In this document: positions 12,129 to 23,257 of the stretch, one piece after another
Position numbering within the stretch: the first letter of the stretch is position 1
How the letters are laid out: each line of letters begins with the position of its first letter
Assembly: GCA_000826855.1 (NCBI GenBank)
Contig: JTLS01000200.1
Location: forward strand, 1 to 34,470
Source of the DNA: Basidioascus undulatus
Lineage: Eukaryota
Direction: 5' to 3'
Length of the DNA stretch: 34,470 nt
Translations under genes and position numbers: made by a program
The notes under the pieces: model-generated
Told to the model about the DNA's origin: nothing
Database searches by the model: none
What the model saw: the letters and a program-made list of their open reading frames with translations, nothing else

Positions 12129-13400
12129 TCAGCTCGCCCGCTTCCTCCCCACCGAAACGCCCGCCCGGATGAACTTGGTTCCATCCGGCGAGACGGGGCG
12201 GCGCCGCGCGAAAAGGCGAGCGAGGACGTTTACAAGATTGAACACGCGCGTCCGAGCCTTCAGGTTAGGAAGACGGAGAACCTCAAGAAGATAGAGATGC
12301 CAATCGCCCTTGTTCCTCGCCAGCGGGCCGCTGCCGGGCTCGCAGGGCAGAGGCACAGCCAACGAAATCGAGGCAGCGCAGGCAGTCTGGACGCTGGGAG
12401 GTTAAGCAGACGGACACGAAGTATGCTTGACAAGGCTGGCAGACCCGCGAACGTAGACTGCCCTTTCGAACCGAGTTGGTCGATGATGCAGGCCAGGACG
12501 TCAGAAGGGAGCGACTCGAAAGAGCAAAGCTCGATGTTTGGGCGTTGGGTCACAAGACGCTCCTCGGAGCCTCCAGAGCTTAAGGAAGGCCTGTTCAAAC
12601 GGTAAAGGGGGAGAATTTCTTCTTGTCAGCATCACATTCATACAAGCTGTTTGAGACGTGGAGGAAAAGGCGGTACGGGACACGCACTGGCCGGGGTGCT
12701 TGAGTAGGTCCGCCCTCGTTCCATGAGATCTGCCGGTTGAAAAGCTCCTTGGTTGTAGCTCCCAAGCGAGCATAAGGAGCGCCTTCCCCATCCAAGAGCC
12801 CCGTGATCCTTCCAGTGGGGTCCGTCTCAAGCTGGGATACAAGCTCGGACAGAGCCGAGAGCGTCTCCGCCAAGTCAAGACGGGCACGAAGGAGATCTAA
12901 GCAGGCTTTATTAAAGACGGGAACACCCATGTCGGGGTCTCCATCGAGTTGAAGGGAGCTTCCGGATTGAACGATCGCCACAGCGTTAGGAGAGCCGTCC
13001 ACATGCGTGTCGTCGAACGTGGCCAAACGCACCTGAGCTCCATGCAGCTTCCAGCATCCCGCATAGGATTTGCGCAGAAGACACGCTCTTCGACTCGACT
13101 GACTTTAGCACGACCAGGGTGCAGTCCTAGCGAAGCTGGCAAACGCTCGTGAGGTGCTCGATGTCGTCGGGCGTGAGCTCGCTCGGTGGCGGTGGGCTAC
13201 CGAGGTGCAGGAAGGGAACGCGGCAGACGGAGCAGGCATAAGGGAGCATGACGAGCTTCCGGACTAAGGGACTCTCGGGAGACAGTGGGTGTATGGCGGG
13301 GCGTTCTTCGAAGTTGATGGTGGTCAAAGGCAAGAGGCGAAGCGGCGGTGACGGCTTCGAAGCGGACGGCGGGGACTGCAATCGGAGAGCTACACACCTG
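12129..13400 (-). pseudogene. F-box-domain protein gene, apparently frameshifted
   Basis: F-box-like SFESLPSDVLACIIDQL, N-terminal YACSVCRVPF, VPVFNKACLDLL and C-terminal DWHLYLLEVLRLPNLKARTRVFNLV match my recollection of the layout of a common fungal F-box family. The segments lie in different frames that I could not join by canonical splicing. Confidence 0.5.
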
Positions 13401-14000
13401 ATTCCCTCATTTATATCTGATCCATCTATTTGTAGGCCAGTCTAGGGCCGAAACCTTTCTCCTCATACAGACCCAACCACAGACTGCGGCAACCACATAG
13501 GTGCTTTTGATGTCCCACCGCCAGCGCCGCCCTCTAATTCACCATCATCTTGACCAAGTTCGATCGTTACAAGAACTTTGATACTCTGGTTTGCCTGAAC
13601 TCCTGTATACTTCCCAGTCACGGCCGCTGTAGATGGTCGTTACACCAAGTGCGTTTCCGCGTTATGGCTCTCTGTGTCACCGCTTTGAAGATCTGCTATT
13701 AAACAGATGATGCACCGGATTTAGGACCATCAAGCTAGCTATTTGATACCCATATAGGGCAGCATGGGCGATATCTTCACGGGCTTCACTGAAAATTCCC
13801 ACGCAGTTGTTGCCTTACTATACCTTCAAAGGCTCGGGAATATTATTTTCAGACAGGAAGTCATTGGGACCTGTACTTGCGATTGTCACAACATTTGATG
13901 CAGCGTATGTTCGTGGGTGTGGAACATAGATGTGCATGCGCACGACCTTGAACGTGCAAAGGGGAGCTTCCGGGTGTAAGAATACCAGAACAGCGTACCA

Positions 14001-15264
14001 TTATGAGCCCCAACTATACTTCAAGTCTCTTCCCCACCACACCCCACAACAGAGAGTAGCCAGCCTATTCTCGACGAAAGCCTTCGCCTCCACGGCATCC
14101 CGCCCGGATGCAAGTTCTGGCCACTTGGCAAGAACCCTCTCCAACTGGTCCCCCACAGCCACGAGCGCATTCCGAGTGCCCTTATCCCCATAGTAGACCT
14201 CCGCTAGGCGCAGGATCGCAGGGCTATTCGCACTGACAGCCCGAATGATCAGATGCTCGTCCGACCCAGCAGACGCGAGGTGGTCCCATACTCGGCCGGT
14301 GGTCAGACGATGACCGGAAAGAAGGTTCGTGCCGGCGGAGAGAGGCAAGGTAGGCCTCGCGATGGGCATTGAACAGGGAGTGGAATTCGTAAGTGAGCGC
14401 TGCGAATGGGAAGGGGGATGCAGCGGCAGGTGGGTATGTAGTCGCCGTCTCGGCTCCAGTCGATGAAACTGTGCATGGTGTAAGGTGAGACTGTTAGCTG
14501 CTTGCCTTTAGGAAACGGGCGCGGGTACGACGACTCACGCGATCAACTTGAAGTTCCCATCAAAAAAATTGTTGCGAAAGTAGCCGAGATTGGCATGAAT
14601 GACAGGGAATGGTACGTCAGGGTAGTGCTCGCCGGCCCGGCTGGCAAGGGAGCGCATGAGGAGCATGTCGACAAGGTCGATGTCGGTGGGCCCGTATTCT
14701 TTGAGCCGGAGCAAGACGCGGCTGTCGATACGCTCAAGCGCATAGGCTTCGGTGGAGCTTGGAGGTCCGACATCGCTGGAGCACAGCCATCCTTCAGTCG
14801 AGGGCGTCGTGGTGCGTGCGTCAGAAGTATGATGAAGCGTGCGAGCTGATCGAGGATCTTCGACATTGAAAGGTCGTCCTTCGATTTCCAGAGCGAAGGG
14901 CCCTCGATTCCATCGACCCAGTTCATAAGGATATAGGGAGAGCCGACGTCACCCGCTTCCGTCTCATGGGCGATGATATCCGGCATTTGAAGCTGAGGCA
15001 AGTGCTCAGATGCGAACGAGAAGAATGAAAGCTCCATGGCGTCGTGCTGGGCCGTGTCGAAGGCTGCGAGACTGCCGTGGGCTGGGAACCGCACAGAAAA
15101 GAGGCCCATCTGATATCATTGACAAAATCGAGTTGATAGACGAAGTGAAAGGTGCCGTAGAAAGGCGTCGGCGAGCGAAGCGAGCAGGGCACGCCCCGGC
15201 CGGACGAGCTCGGGCAGGCCTCCTCGCGAGCCTTCACAACCTTACGTGAGTTACCGTTCAGCAT
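14001..15264 (-). pseudogene. APH/choline-kinase-like phosphotransferase relic
   Basis: Segments GTFHFVYQLDF, VRFP, MPDIIAHE...VGSPYILMNWVDG, ILDQLARFI, PFPVIHANLGYFRNNFFDGNFKLIA and FIDWS follow APH-family motif order. There is a frame break near 15110, and the catalytic HxD reads HAN. Confidence 0.65.
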
Positions 15265-16188
15265 CTGAGGGATTGAGGATCAGGGTGGTGGGGAAGATCG
15301 AAGGAAAAGAGGAGGACGGACAAAGGCCAGAGCAGACTCTACCGGAAGTCTTCAAGGGGAAAGAACGCACTGGGTGGGGCGGACGCCGCAACGGATGAAA
15401 CAACATGCCACGATGGCATCAAGATGTTTGCACAGTTTCCCTGACTTTCTTTTTAAGGAGGCCGGGACCGAGCTTCCGAACTTTGAAACATATTATTGCA
15501 GCCCTGTTTTCAAATGAAAACACTTTCACACGGCGAATGCTTCCAAATCCTCATCAGAGTCAGATTCGATTTTTGGTTGCCATCACTTCCGTAACTCAGA
15601 GGATCCTTATCGGTGTCACTGCAGACAACTTTGAGCGTTCGGAGGCTGTCCCATTATGGGAAGACATACCAGATGTTGTGGGTCGACCCTCTTGGCGAAC
15701 GCGACCGAACGCAGTGATTCCTTTCTCCGCACGGAACTGCCCGGTCACTCAACCGCGTCTCAACGCGAGCCCGCCGCCGTGCACATCGACATCCAAGTCA
15801 GATGGAGACTTACACGCGAACACTGCACACACTAGTAAAGACTTGTACATTTGTAAATGGAGGCTGCGCACCACTTCTGTGGCTCTGATGCTCCTCGAGT
15901 CAGTGTCATATGCAGGAGTTTCAGCGTTCGGAGGCTGTGCCATTGTTGGTCCATGAGGGGCAGTCGTGTCTCCACCCTAGGCGAACGTTACCGAGTGAAA
16001 TGTTCTAGAGTCCCCCATGAGTTGTTACATTGCTAATTAGGGTGAAGTTCAGCTTTCTTCCTCCTACATTGCACCCACGATCTTCGACTGCCCGTCCCGG
16101 TCAGCCTTTCATTTTCCAGCATCAGTTTCTCTCCGTCACACACGGAGTAAACTAAGGGGACTTACGTCTTGTACTCTTCTTCAGCAGA

Positions 16189-16602
16189 ATGAGCTCACCC
16201 AAATTCGCCAAGGACACCCTCGACGCCGACGTCCTCCAGGAGCGGCTCATCCCCCTGGCGAATGGATCGATGGCGAGAGACGCTTCCAAAGGCACTGTGA
16301 GCGTTGATGAATCTGGCCTTTACTCAGATTTGATTTCTCTCCGGGGCTTAAGGGGAAGGTGGCACATGCAGAGCACGGGCAAGCCTGCGGCGTTGACTTC
16401 CCTTTCGCCTACTGCCGACACTCCGACATGCGCCGCTGACGATGCGCCCAACACGTGCCGTTGCAACCCGTGAGTTATACATATCAACAACATGTTTCCT
16501 CTAGATGACCTATTCTTTGTTAGCTGCAGGTGCATCACCTGCGGGTGCTACTTCGCGCACTGCAGCGGCGTCGGCATATACTTCGATGTGTGTGGCCGTT
16601 AA
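16189..16602 (+). CDS. Small Cys-rich protein (~94 aa) with a metallothionein-like C-terminus; exons 16189-16296, 16372-16469, 16524-16602
   Basis: GTGAGC..CAG (75 nt) and GTGAGT..TAG (54 nt) introns give MSSPKFAKDTLDADVLQERLIPLANGSMARDASKGTSTGKPAALTSLSPTADTPTCAADDAPNTCRCNPCRCITCGCYFAHCSGVGIYFDVCGR*. The Cys periodicity runs continuously across the second junction. Confidence 0.6.
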
Positions 16603-17071
16603 ACATGTGCAGTGGTCTCTCCTGTCTTGATCTCGAAGCCGCTTGTAAGGCCTAAAGTTTGCTTTCGATACCCTTAATTTGAGCAGTCATGGGTCTTCGC
16701 AGGGACCTGGAAGGCTAAAACAGCTCGAAATCGACCTCTGCTCGAAGGGTGGTCGCACTATCGGGAAGGACGCTCCGTCTGACCACCACTTGGGTAATTC
16801 TCAGTTGGAAGGTTCGAAAAATTTAGTTAAGACTTTTCTGTACCATAAAGCTCGTCAAGGCCTGCTAGCATCCAGGGAATCGGTGGTTCCGTCGTAAAGC
16901 CCAGTGAACTTGAAGGCTTGCAAAAAATTGTTGTGCTGCATGCTGAACCAAACCCGAAGAAGTGCCACTATGATTGAAATTTTTCACTTACTCTTAACAG
17001 AATTGAGTGGATAAACAATCTTCAAAAGTAACTTGTCCGACTGACCTGGGTGCGATTCGAACGATTGACCG

Positions 17072-17302
17072 ACGCGTGTCTTAACTCGTTCTCGCGGCCT
17101 CGCCGCGTCCGCGCCCCTCGACTCCGACGCTCACCCGAATCGCGTCGTGCTCGTCGCTCGCTCACCCGGTTGCGCTACTTCTGGGCGTATTTACACCCCT
17201 ATCTACCGGGGTCGTTACTCTGATTCTTCATATTTCGATCATCGCTCGGCCCATTGGCGTCCAGTCGGCACGCAGTCCTCTTCACTGCCCCGTCCGACGC
17301 GT
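17072..17302. promoter_or_regulatory. MCB (ACGCGT) cell-cycle boxes upstream of the cohesin gene
   Basis: Exact ACGCGT at 17072-17077 and 17297-17302, with CGCGT variants near 17104 and 17141. Cohesin genes are established MBF targets in yeasts. The GC-rich background weakens significance. Confidence 0.4.
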
Positions 17303-17377
17303 CTCCGAGCCCCTGCGCACTACCTCCCCTACCTCCCCCTTCGGCCGCCGTCGACCTCAAACCCATCTCATTCTTAA

Positions 17378-20300
17378 ATGTCTTCCTCTCCGGCGGCTCC
17401 ACGCCGCTCAGCCCGCGAGCGCAAGGCCCCCAATCGGCCCGGAACTCAGCAGCGTGCGTCCCGTCCGCATCGAGCTGGCCTTCATCCGCTCGCTCACCCT
17501 GCTCGCCCTGAATCTCATAGCTGTCCCCGCCATCGACGACTCTGACGGCGAGGACATTGACTCTCCTGTCGACTCTGACAGCGACGATGGCGCGTTCCGC
17601 GGCGCCGCCGCGTCCAAAAAGAAGACGTTTGGCCGCAAGTCGACGGGCGAGGGCGCGAAGAAGAACTCAGCCGGGACCGGGCGGAAGAAGGCTGTGAATG
17701 GGGGCACGGGTGTAAGGAAGCGGAAGAGTACCGCGAAGGGCGCCGGGGCTGCTGGGGAGGCGGCAGTCGATGAGGGCGACGAGGACACGCTTTTCGGTGA
17801 GTCGAGGAGGACGGGCGGCAGCGAAGTGGGGCGGTTGCTGAGTTCGGTAGTGATGGACAGCTTCTGTCGCCAACCCGAACACGGCGCTGTCGACTACTGT
17901 GCAGGACTGGCTCGAGGCGTTCCAGGAGAGCGAAGCTCCAGCGCTGCGGGATCTGATCAACTTCCTCATCCGCGTGCGTCTTCCGTCCATGGTTGGGATT
18001 GAGATGAATGAGCCGAGATTGACGAGCGGGATGCTGCAGTCCACCGGCTGCAGGGCCAAGATTGACGCCGACCAGGCTATCGACCTAGACGGCGTCCCAG
18101 ACGTGCTTGATGACATGCAGGAGGACTTCAAGAAGGTGCGCCAGCCTTGTTCTCCCTCGCGCATGCTAAATGCTGATTAATCCGTCTTAACCATCCTCAT
18201 AGCAAACCGACCCCATCTACCCCATCGTCTCCCGCGCCGCCGCGCTCAAAAAGTTCCGCTCGCAGCTGTCGACCTTCCTCTCGACGCTGCTGACCTCCGC
18301 GTCCGAGTCGCCCGCGCTGTACGCCTCGAGCGAGACGGGGCTGATGGAGACGCTCATGCACTGGACGACGACGATGGCGTCCTCGAAGCTCCGCGCGTTC
18401 CGCCACACCGCGACCGTCTGGGGCCTCACGCTCGTCACCGCCCTCTGCGACGTCGCCAAGGAGGTCGAGCGCGAGTTCGGCGTCGCGGGGAGGCAGCGCG
18501 ACGCGGAGGCGGGGAAGAGCAAGGCGCGCGCCCGCGCGGCTGAGGATCGCTTGAAGGAGGTCCATGAGCGCTTGGAGAAGGTCAACAGCTTCGTGGACGA
18601 GCTGATCGATGGGTGAGCGTACCTCCCTGCTCTAGCATCAGTCCCTCACACACTTGCTGATAGGGAAACTGCAGTGTCTTCATTCACCGCTTCCGTGACT
18701 CGGAGTCCGCGATCCGCTCCGAGTGCGTGCGCGAGCTCGGAGTCTGGATGAAGTCCTGGCCGCAGCACTTCCTCGAGGGCACCTTCCTGCGCTACACTGG
18801 CTGGCTTTTGTCCGATCAAGTCCGTCGTTGTCCTCGCTCTGCTCTCTTTGCGTTGCCGTTCTGTTCTGACGCTCGCTGCTTCCGCGCCGCTTCACAGGAC
18901 CCGCACACGCGTCTCCTCGCAATCCAAAGCCTCCTCCCTCTCTATTCCTCCGCTGCCTTCCTCTCCCAGCTGCACAACTTCACGGAGCGCTTCCGCCCCC
19001 GCCTCATCGAGATGGCGTCCAAGGACCGGGACGTCTCTGTGCGCGTGAGCACGATCGCGGTCCTGCACCTGATCGGGACGCACGAGCTGCTCGAGGACGA
19101 GGACCGCCTGCGGGTCGCGACGCTCGTGTTCGACGCCGAGGCGCGCGTACGCAAGGCCGTCGGCCCGTTCTGGAAGGCACTTGTCGAGGACGAGGTGCGC
19201 GAGCGCGTCGAGCAGGTCGACGACGCCATGGCCACGCCGAAGGCGGCGAGCGCGAAGAAGGGCGGCGGGCGGAAGGCCAAGGCCGCAAGGGAGGAGGAGG
19301 AGGAGGTCCGCGAGCGCAGGGTCCGCTGCAAGACCCTTGCGGATCTACTCGTCAAGGCTTCAAACCTCCTCGACACGCCGGAGCTCGACGGTGCGGGGCT
19401 CGACTCGCAGGAGAGCGAAGACGTCGCAGAGACACTTGCGCCCCTTGCCGCTGCGCCCGTGCAGGGCCGCCTGGCGCTCGCCGTCGCTGCGCTGTGGGAC
19501 TCAGTCCACGTCCTGAGGGACTGGGAGGGCCTGCTCGACCTCCTCGGCCTCGACCACTCCAAGGGAGGCGACATCGTCGAGCCGCTCAGGCTTGCGGAGG
19601 ACGAGGAGAGCACGCTGCTCGAGGTGTTCGTCGCGTGCCTCGCGAGGATCAGGGAGGACGCGGTGTCCGCTGCTGAGGGCGGCAGGAAGGTGCATCGTTG
19701 GGTGGGCTGACTGGGTGATGACCGTAATGCTAATCTTTCTCTCAATATACAGACGAAGAAACAAGCCGACGACGACGTCAATCCCGCCACGCTGCACGCC
19801 GACGCTACGCGCGGCTTGATCAAGGCGCTCCCCAAGCTCTTCACCAAGCACCAGACCGACGCAGGCCGGATCGCCGAGGTTCTCACTATCCCGAAGCTCA
19901 TGCAGCTCGACATGTACCTCGAGATGCGGCAGGTCACCGTGCGTACTCGCTCAGTCTTCGCCGGCCTCACGCGCATTTACAGAGCTAATCATTTCATTTT
20001 CGCCTTCAGGCCTACGAATCCCTCTTCGACGACATCGCCTCCCAGTTCCTCAAGCACACCTCCCCCAACGTCCTCCTCTCCGCCGTCGACGCGCTCTCGG
20101 CGCTCGCATCCACGCAGGCGCTCGCCAACTCGAACACGACAAAGGCGACCGAGCTTGAAGAGCGCCTACTCGCCTCGATGCGCGAGCTCGTTGCGGACCG
20201 CGAGATTGAGAGCGCAGGCTTCGACGAAGACGAGGTCGCCGCGCTCGAGGCTGCGCTCGCGCGCTTTGCGATCCTCTACGCGCGGCGGGACCTGAGCTCG

Positions 20301-22655
20301 CTCCTCGAGGATGAGGAGAGTGGTAAGGCTGCGAAGGGACGTGAGATCGTTGCTGCGCTTGCGGATCGGGGCAGATTGGGGTACAAGCTCGAGGAGAAGG
20401 TGGCTTCATCTTTTGTGTCTTGCAATCGACTGGGGGCTGACAGGGGATGAACGCTCGGCGCGCACAGATGGCCGAGAATGCCCTCCAGGTCCTCTTCCTC
20501 CATGTAGTGTGGAAGACCAGCGCGCTGCTGCGTGAGGCAGACGGCGTCGACGAGGAGGAGCTCGAGCACCTCAAGGACGAAGTCAAGGCCGTGCGCGACT
20601 CGCTGCTCGAGACCGTGAACGAGCTCGCCGTCGGGACGTCTTCAAACGCTTGCGAGGGCGTGCGGTCCAAGGTACGCGATCTCTCTCCCCAGATGTACCG
20701 AACGACTGAGCCTGTTCCTGATGGGTTGGTATTCCATCTTCCAGGCATTCAAGCTCCTCCTAGAGCTCTATGTCCTTTTTGCTTCCGGCCGACCCGAAGC
20801 CGGCGCGCCGAAGTCTGCCGCTCACCTCCCGGTCGACTTCGAGGAGGAGCTGCAGTACCGCTGCGCCGGTTTCGTCGAGGCCGAGGTGGAACGGCACGCG
20901 GAGGAGCACGCGCGCGCGCGGCAGGAGGAGGACAGCGAAGACGAGGATGGCGGAAGCGGAGACGAGGACGAGGACGAGAACGACGAGGGTGGAGAAGACG
21001 AGGAGGAGGGGCCGCAGAAGAAGGGCAAGAAGGGCAAGGGCAAGGCGGCGAAGGGCAAAGCGAGTGGCAAGGGCAAGGGCAAGGACGGTGCGTCTCAAGT
21101 CCCGCCCGTCATGTTCCCCCTTCTAATGACTCCCCCCTTTTAGAACCCCTTCCTCTCACCGCCGCCCAAGCCCAAGCGGCGTACGTCTTTTGCGACACCA
21201 TCTCCGCCGTCGTCAAGGCCATCCGTCTCGGCGTCATGGACATTCAGCATGCGCCCGTCCTTCTCGCCCATCACGGCCGCTTCGGCCCGATGTACGACGC
21301 AGCCGTCAAGCCGCTCATCGACGTCCTCAAGGAGGAGGCGCTCTTCAACGACAACTGCGACCTCGTCCAGAATGTAGTGGCCTCTTCCGTGAAAGACGTG
21401 GGTACCTTCCCCCAATTGAACTCCGCCATCGCCGGTCCTGACGTTCTCCCATTGCAGTCCTTCGACCTCTTCCTCAACGGCAAGACGGCCTCCGAGCAGC
21501 ATTCCGTCCTTCTGGCTCGCGCGCTCGCAGGCGCTCTTCTTGTCCGTGGCGCGCACCTGAAAGTCGTCCGCCGCGTCGACCCGGCTGTCGTGATCCGCAT
21601 CCACACCGACTCCCTCGACTACGTCGCCAAGCAGCTCGGCCAGCTCAGTAAGGACAAGAAGAAGGTCAAGATCCGCAACAAGACGGCGCTATTCTTCCGT
21701 GCGCTGGTGCCGTTGCTCGGGAACCAGCCGGTCAACCTGATCGAAGGCAAGAACGCGCTGAAAGTGTACGTTTGCGTCCGTTGTTCACGTGTGCCTCTGT
21801 ACCTCGTCCGCTTACAGGCGCGCGGTGGAGCAGCAAGTCGCATCTCGACAAGGCGCTGAAGGATCACGGCATCGAGGTGTCTGCAACGAGCAAGGCTTGG
21901 GAGCCGGTACGCGCGTACGAGAAGCGTCTCGTTTCGGCGATTGCAAAGAACAAGAGTGCGTTCTCTCACCAGGCCGGCTGTCCAACTCCAGCTCAACTGA
22001 CGCTTGCATTTGTCCTGCGTCAGACATCGGCGCGAAGAGCAAAGCCAAGCCTTCTGCCGCGGCGAACGATGGCGACGCCGGCGCGCACGACGCCTCCCCA
22101 ACCGCCGCCGCCCGCAAGCGTCCTCAGCAGCGCGCATCCGCTGCCGCAGCGAAGTCGGCTGAGCGGATCGACAGCGATGATTACGCTGCGGCTGAAGAGC
22201 TCGAAGCCGAGGCCGACCGACCTCGACCGAAGCCCCGGGCGAAACGCGCTGCTGCGGACGAGGACGGGCCCGCGGCCGGAGATGGGCGAAGGATCCGCCG
22301 GCGGTATGCAGAGGACGTTGACAGTGCTGAGGAGCGCGAGCTTGCGCCCGAGGCGGAGGCGGAGGCGGAAGCGGAGGAGCCCGAGCCCGAACTGTCACCT
22401 GCACCTTCGCCTTCTCCCGCCAAACGCCCCGCCAAGCGAGGGCGTGAACCTGAGCCGGAAGAAGAGGGCGAGGAGGAGGACGGCGGGACGCCCGGCGTCG
22501 AGCCGGATGAGGACGCCGAGCGGGAGACGACGCCCACGCCGGGCTCGGTGTTCGATCGGAACCGACAGCGGCACGAGCCGCCGCCCGCGAGCCAGGCTAG
22601 CGTCCTGAGCTTGAGCGACGTCAAGCCGCGGAAGAAGCGAACGAGGAGGGGTTGA
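17378..22655 (+). CDS. SCC3: Cohesin subunit Scc3/Psc3/SA (STAG domain), multi-exon (more than 10 introns)
   Basis: Start MSSSPAAPRRSARERK. STAG/SCD motifs DWLEAFQESEAPALRDLINFLIRSTGC, YPIVSR, WTTTMASSKLRAFRHTAT, VFIHRFRDSESAIRSECVRELGVWMKSWPQHFLEGTFLRYTGWLLSD, RFRPRLIEMASKDRDVSVR, LIKALPKLFTKHQTD. Acidic tail ending in a basic KPRKKRTRRG*. Confidence 0.93.
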
Positions 22656-23257
22656 GCGATCGATGTCTGGCTCGATCAAGCGGGCGGGGCGGACGGAGAA
22701 TATAGGCTGGACTTGATCTGATCTGTTGTAGGCTTACGAGACACTACCACCTTAATCCCGTTTTATGTGGTTCAGTTGCTGTTGTTAGTGTTGCGTATGC
22801 TGAGCAGGCTACGGGTTGCATTTTCGTGCTGGGAGTGTTTGCACGGCTCTGCACTCGCTCGGACGCCTTAGCCCTTGTTGTACCTGATACCGTTCTGGCG
22901 GGGACCCTCGACAGTGATATTTTCAAGCTTTCTGCGATATGTATGAGCTCGGCAATCAAAGGATGATGGACGGATCCAGGGAACGCCATTTCGGTATTTT
23001 CTGGCGAGTGTGCCGGTGTGTACCTAGCTTAAGACTCAAGAAGCCGCCTGCCTCAAATTTTTGCAGGCAGGCGCCTCAGAAGAATAATCGTGAGGCTAAA
23101 AGACAGATTGACTTCCGCTTCGCTCTAGATGGCAAGTCTGTGGGGGAAAAAAAGAAAAAGCAGCACGTCTCGCAGTGCGCAGTGGCAGACGTAGAGTCAT
23201 CAAGACCGCATGTGATTGATTCCACTGCTGATGGCCGCCGTTACGCTACCTTCCATT

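Noticed and set aside
7181..13459. Exact 14-mer GGCCGAAACCTTTC at 7181-7194 and 13446-13459, flanking much of the degenerate region and resembling hammerhead stem II-GAAAC
   Set aside because: A couple of 14-mer matches are expected by chance in 34 kb, the similarity does not extend, and no CUGANGA core precedes either copy.
18942..19976. 344-aa minus-strand ORF and other long ORFs overlapping SCC3
   Set aside because: Shadow ORFs caused by codon bias of the Scc3 exons.
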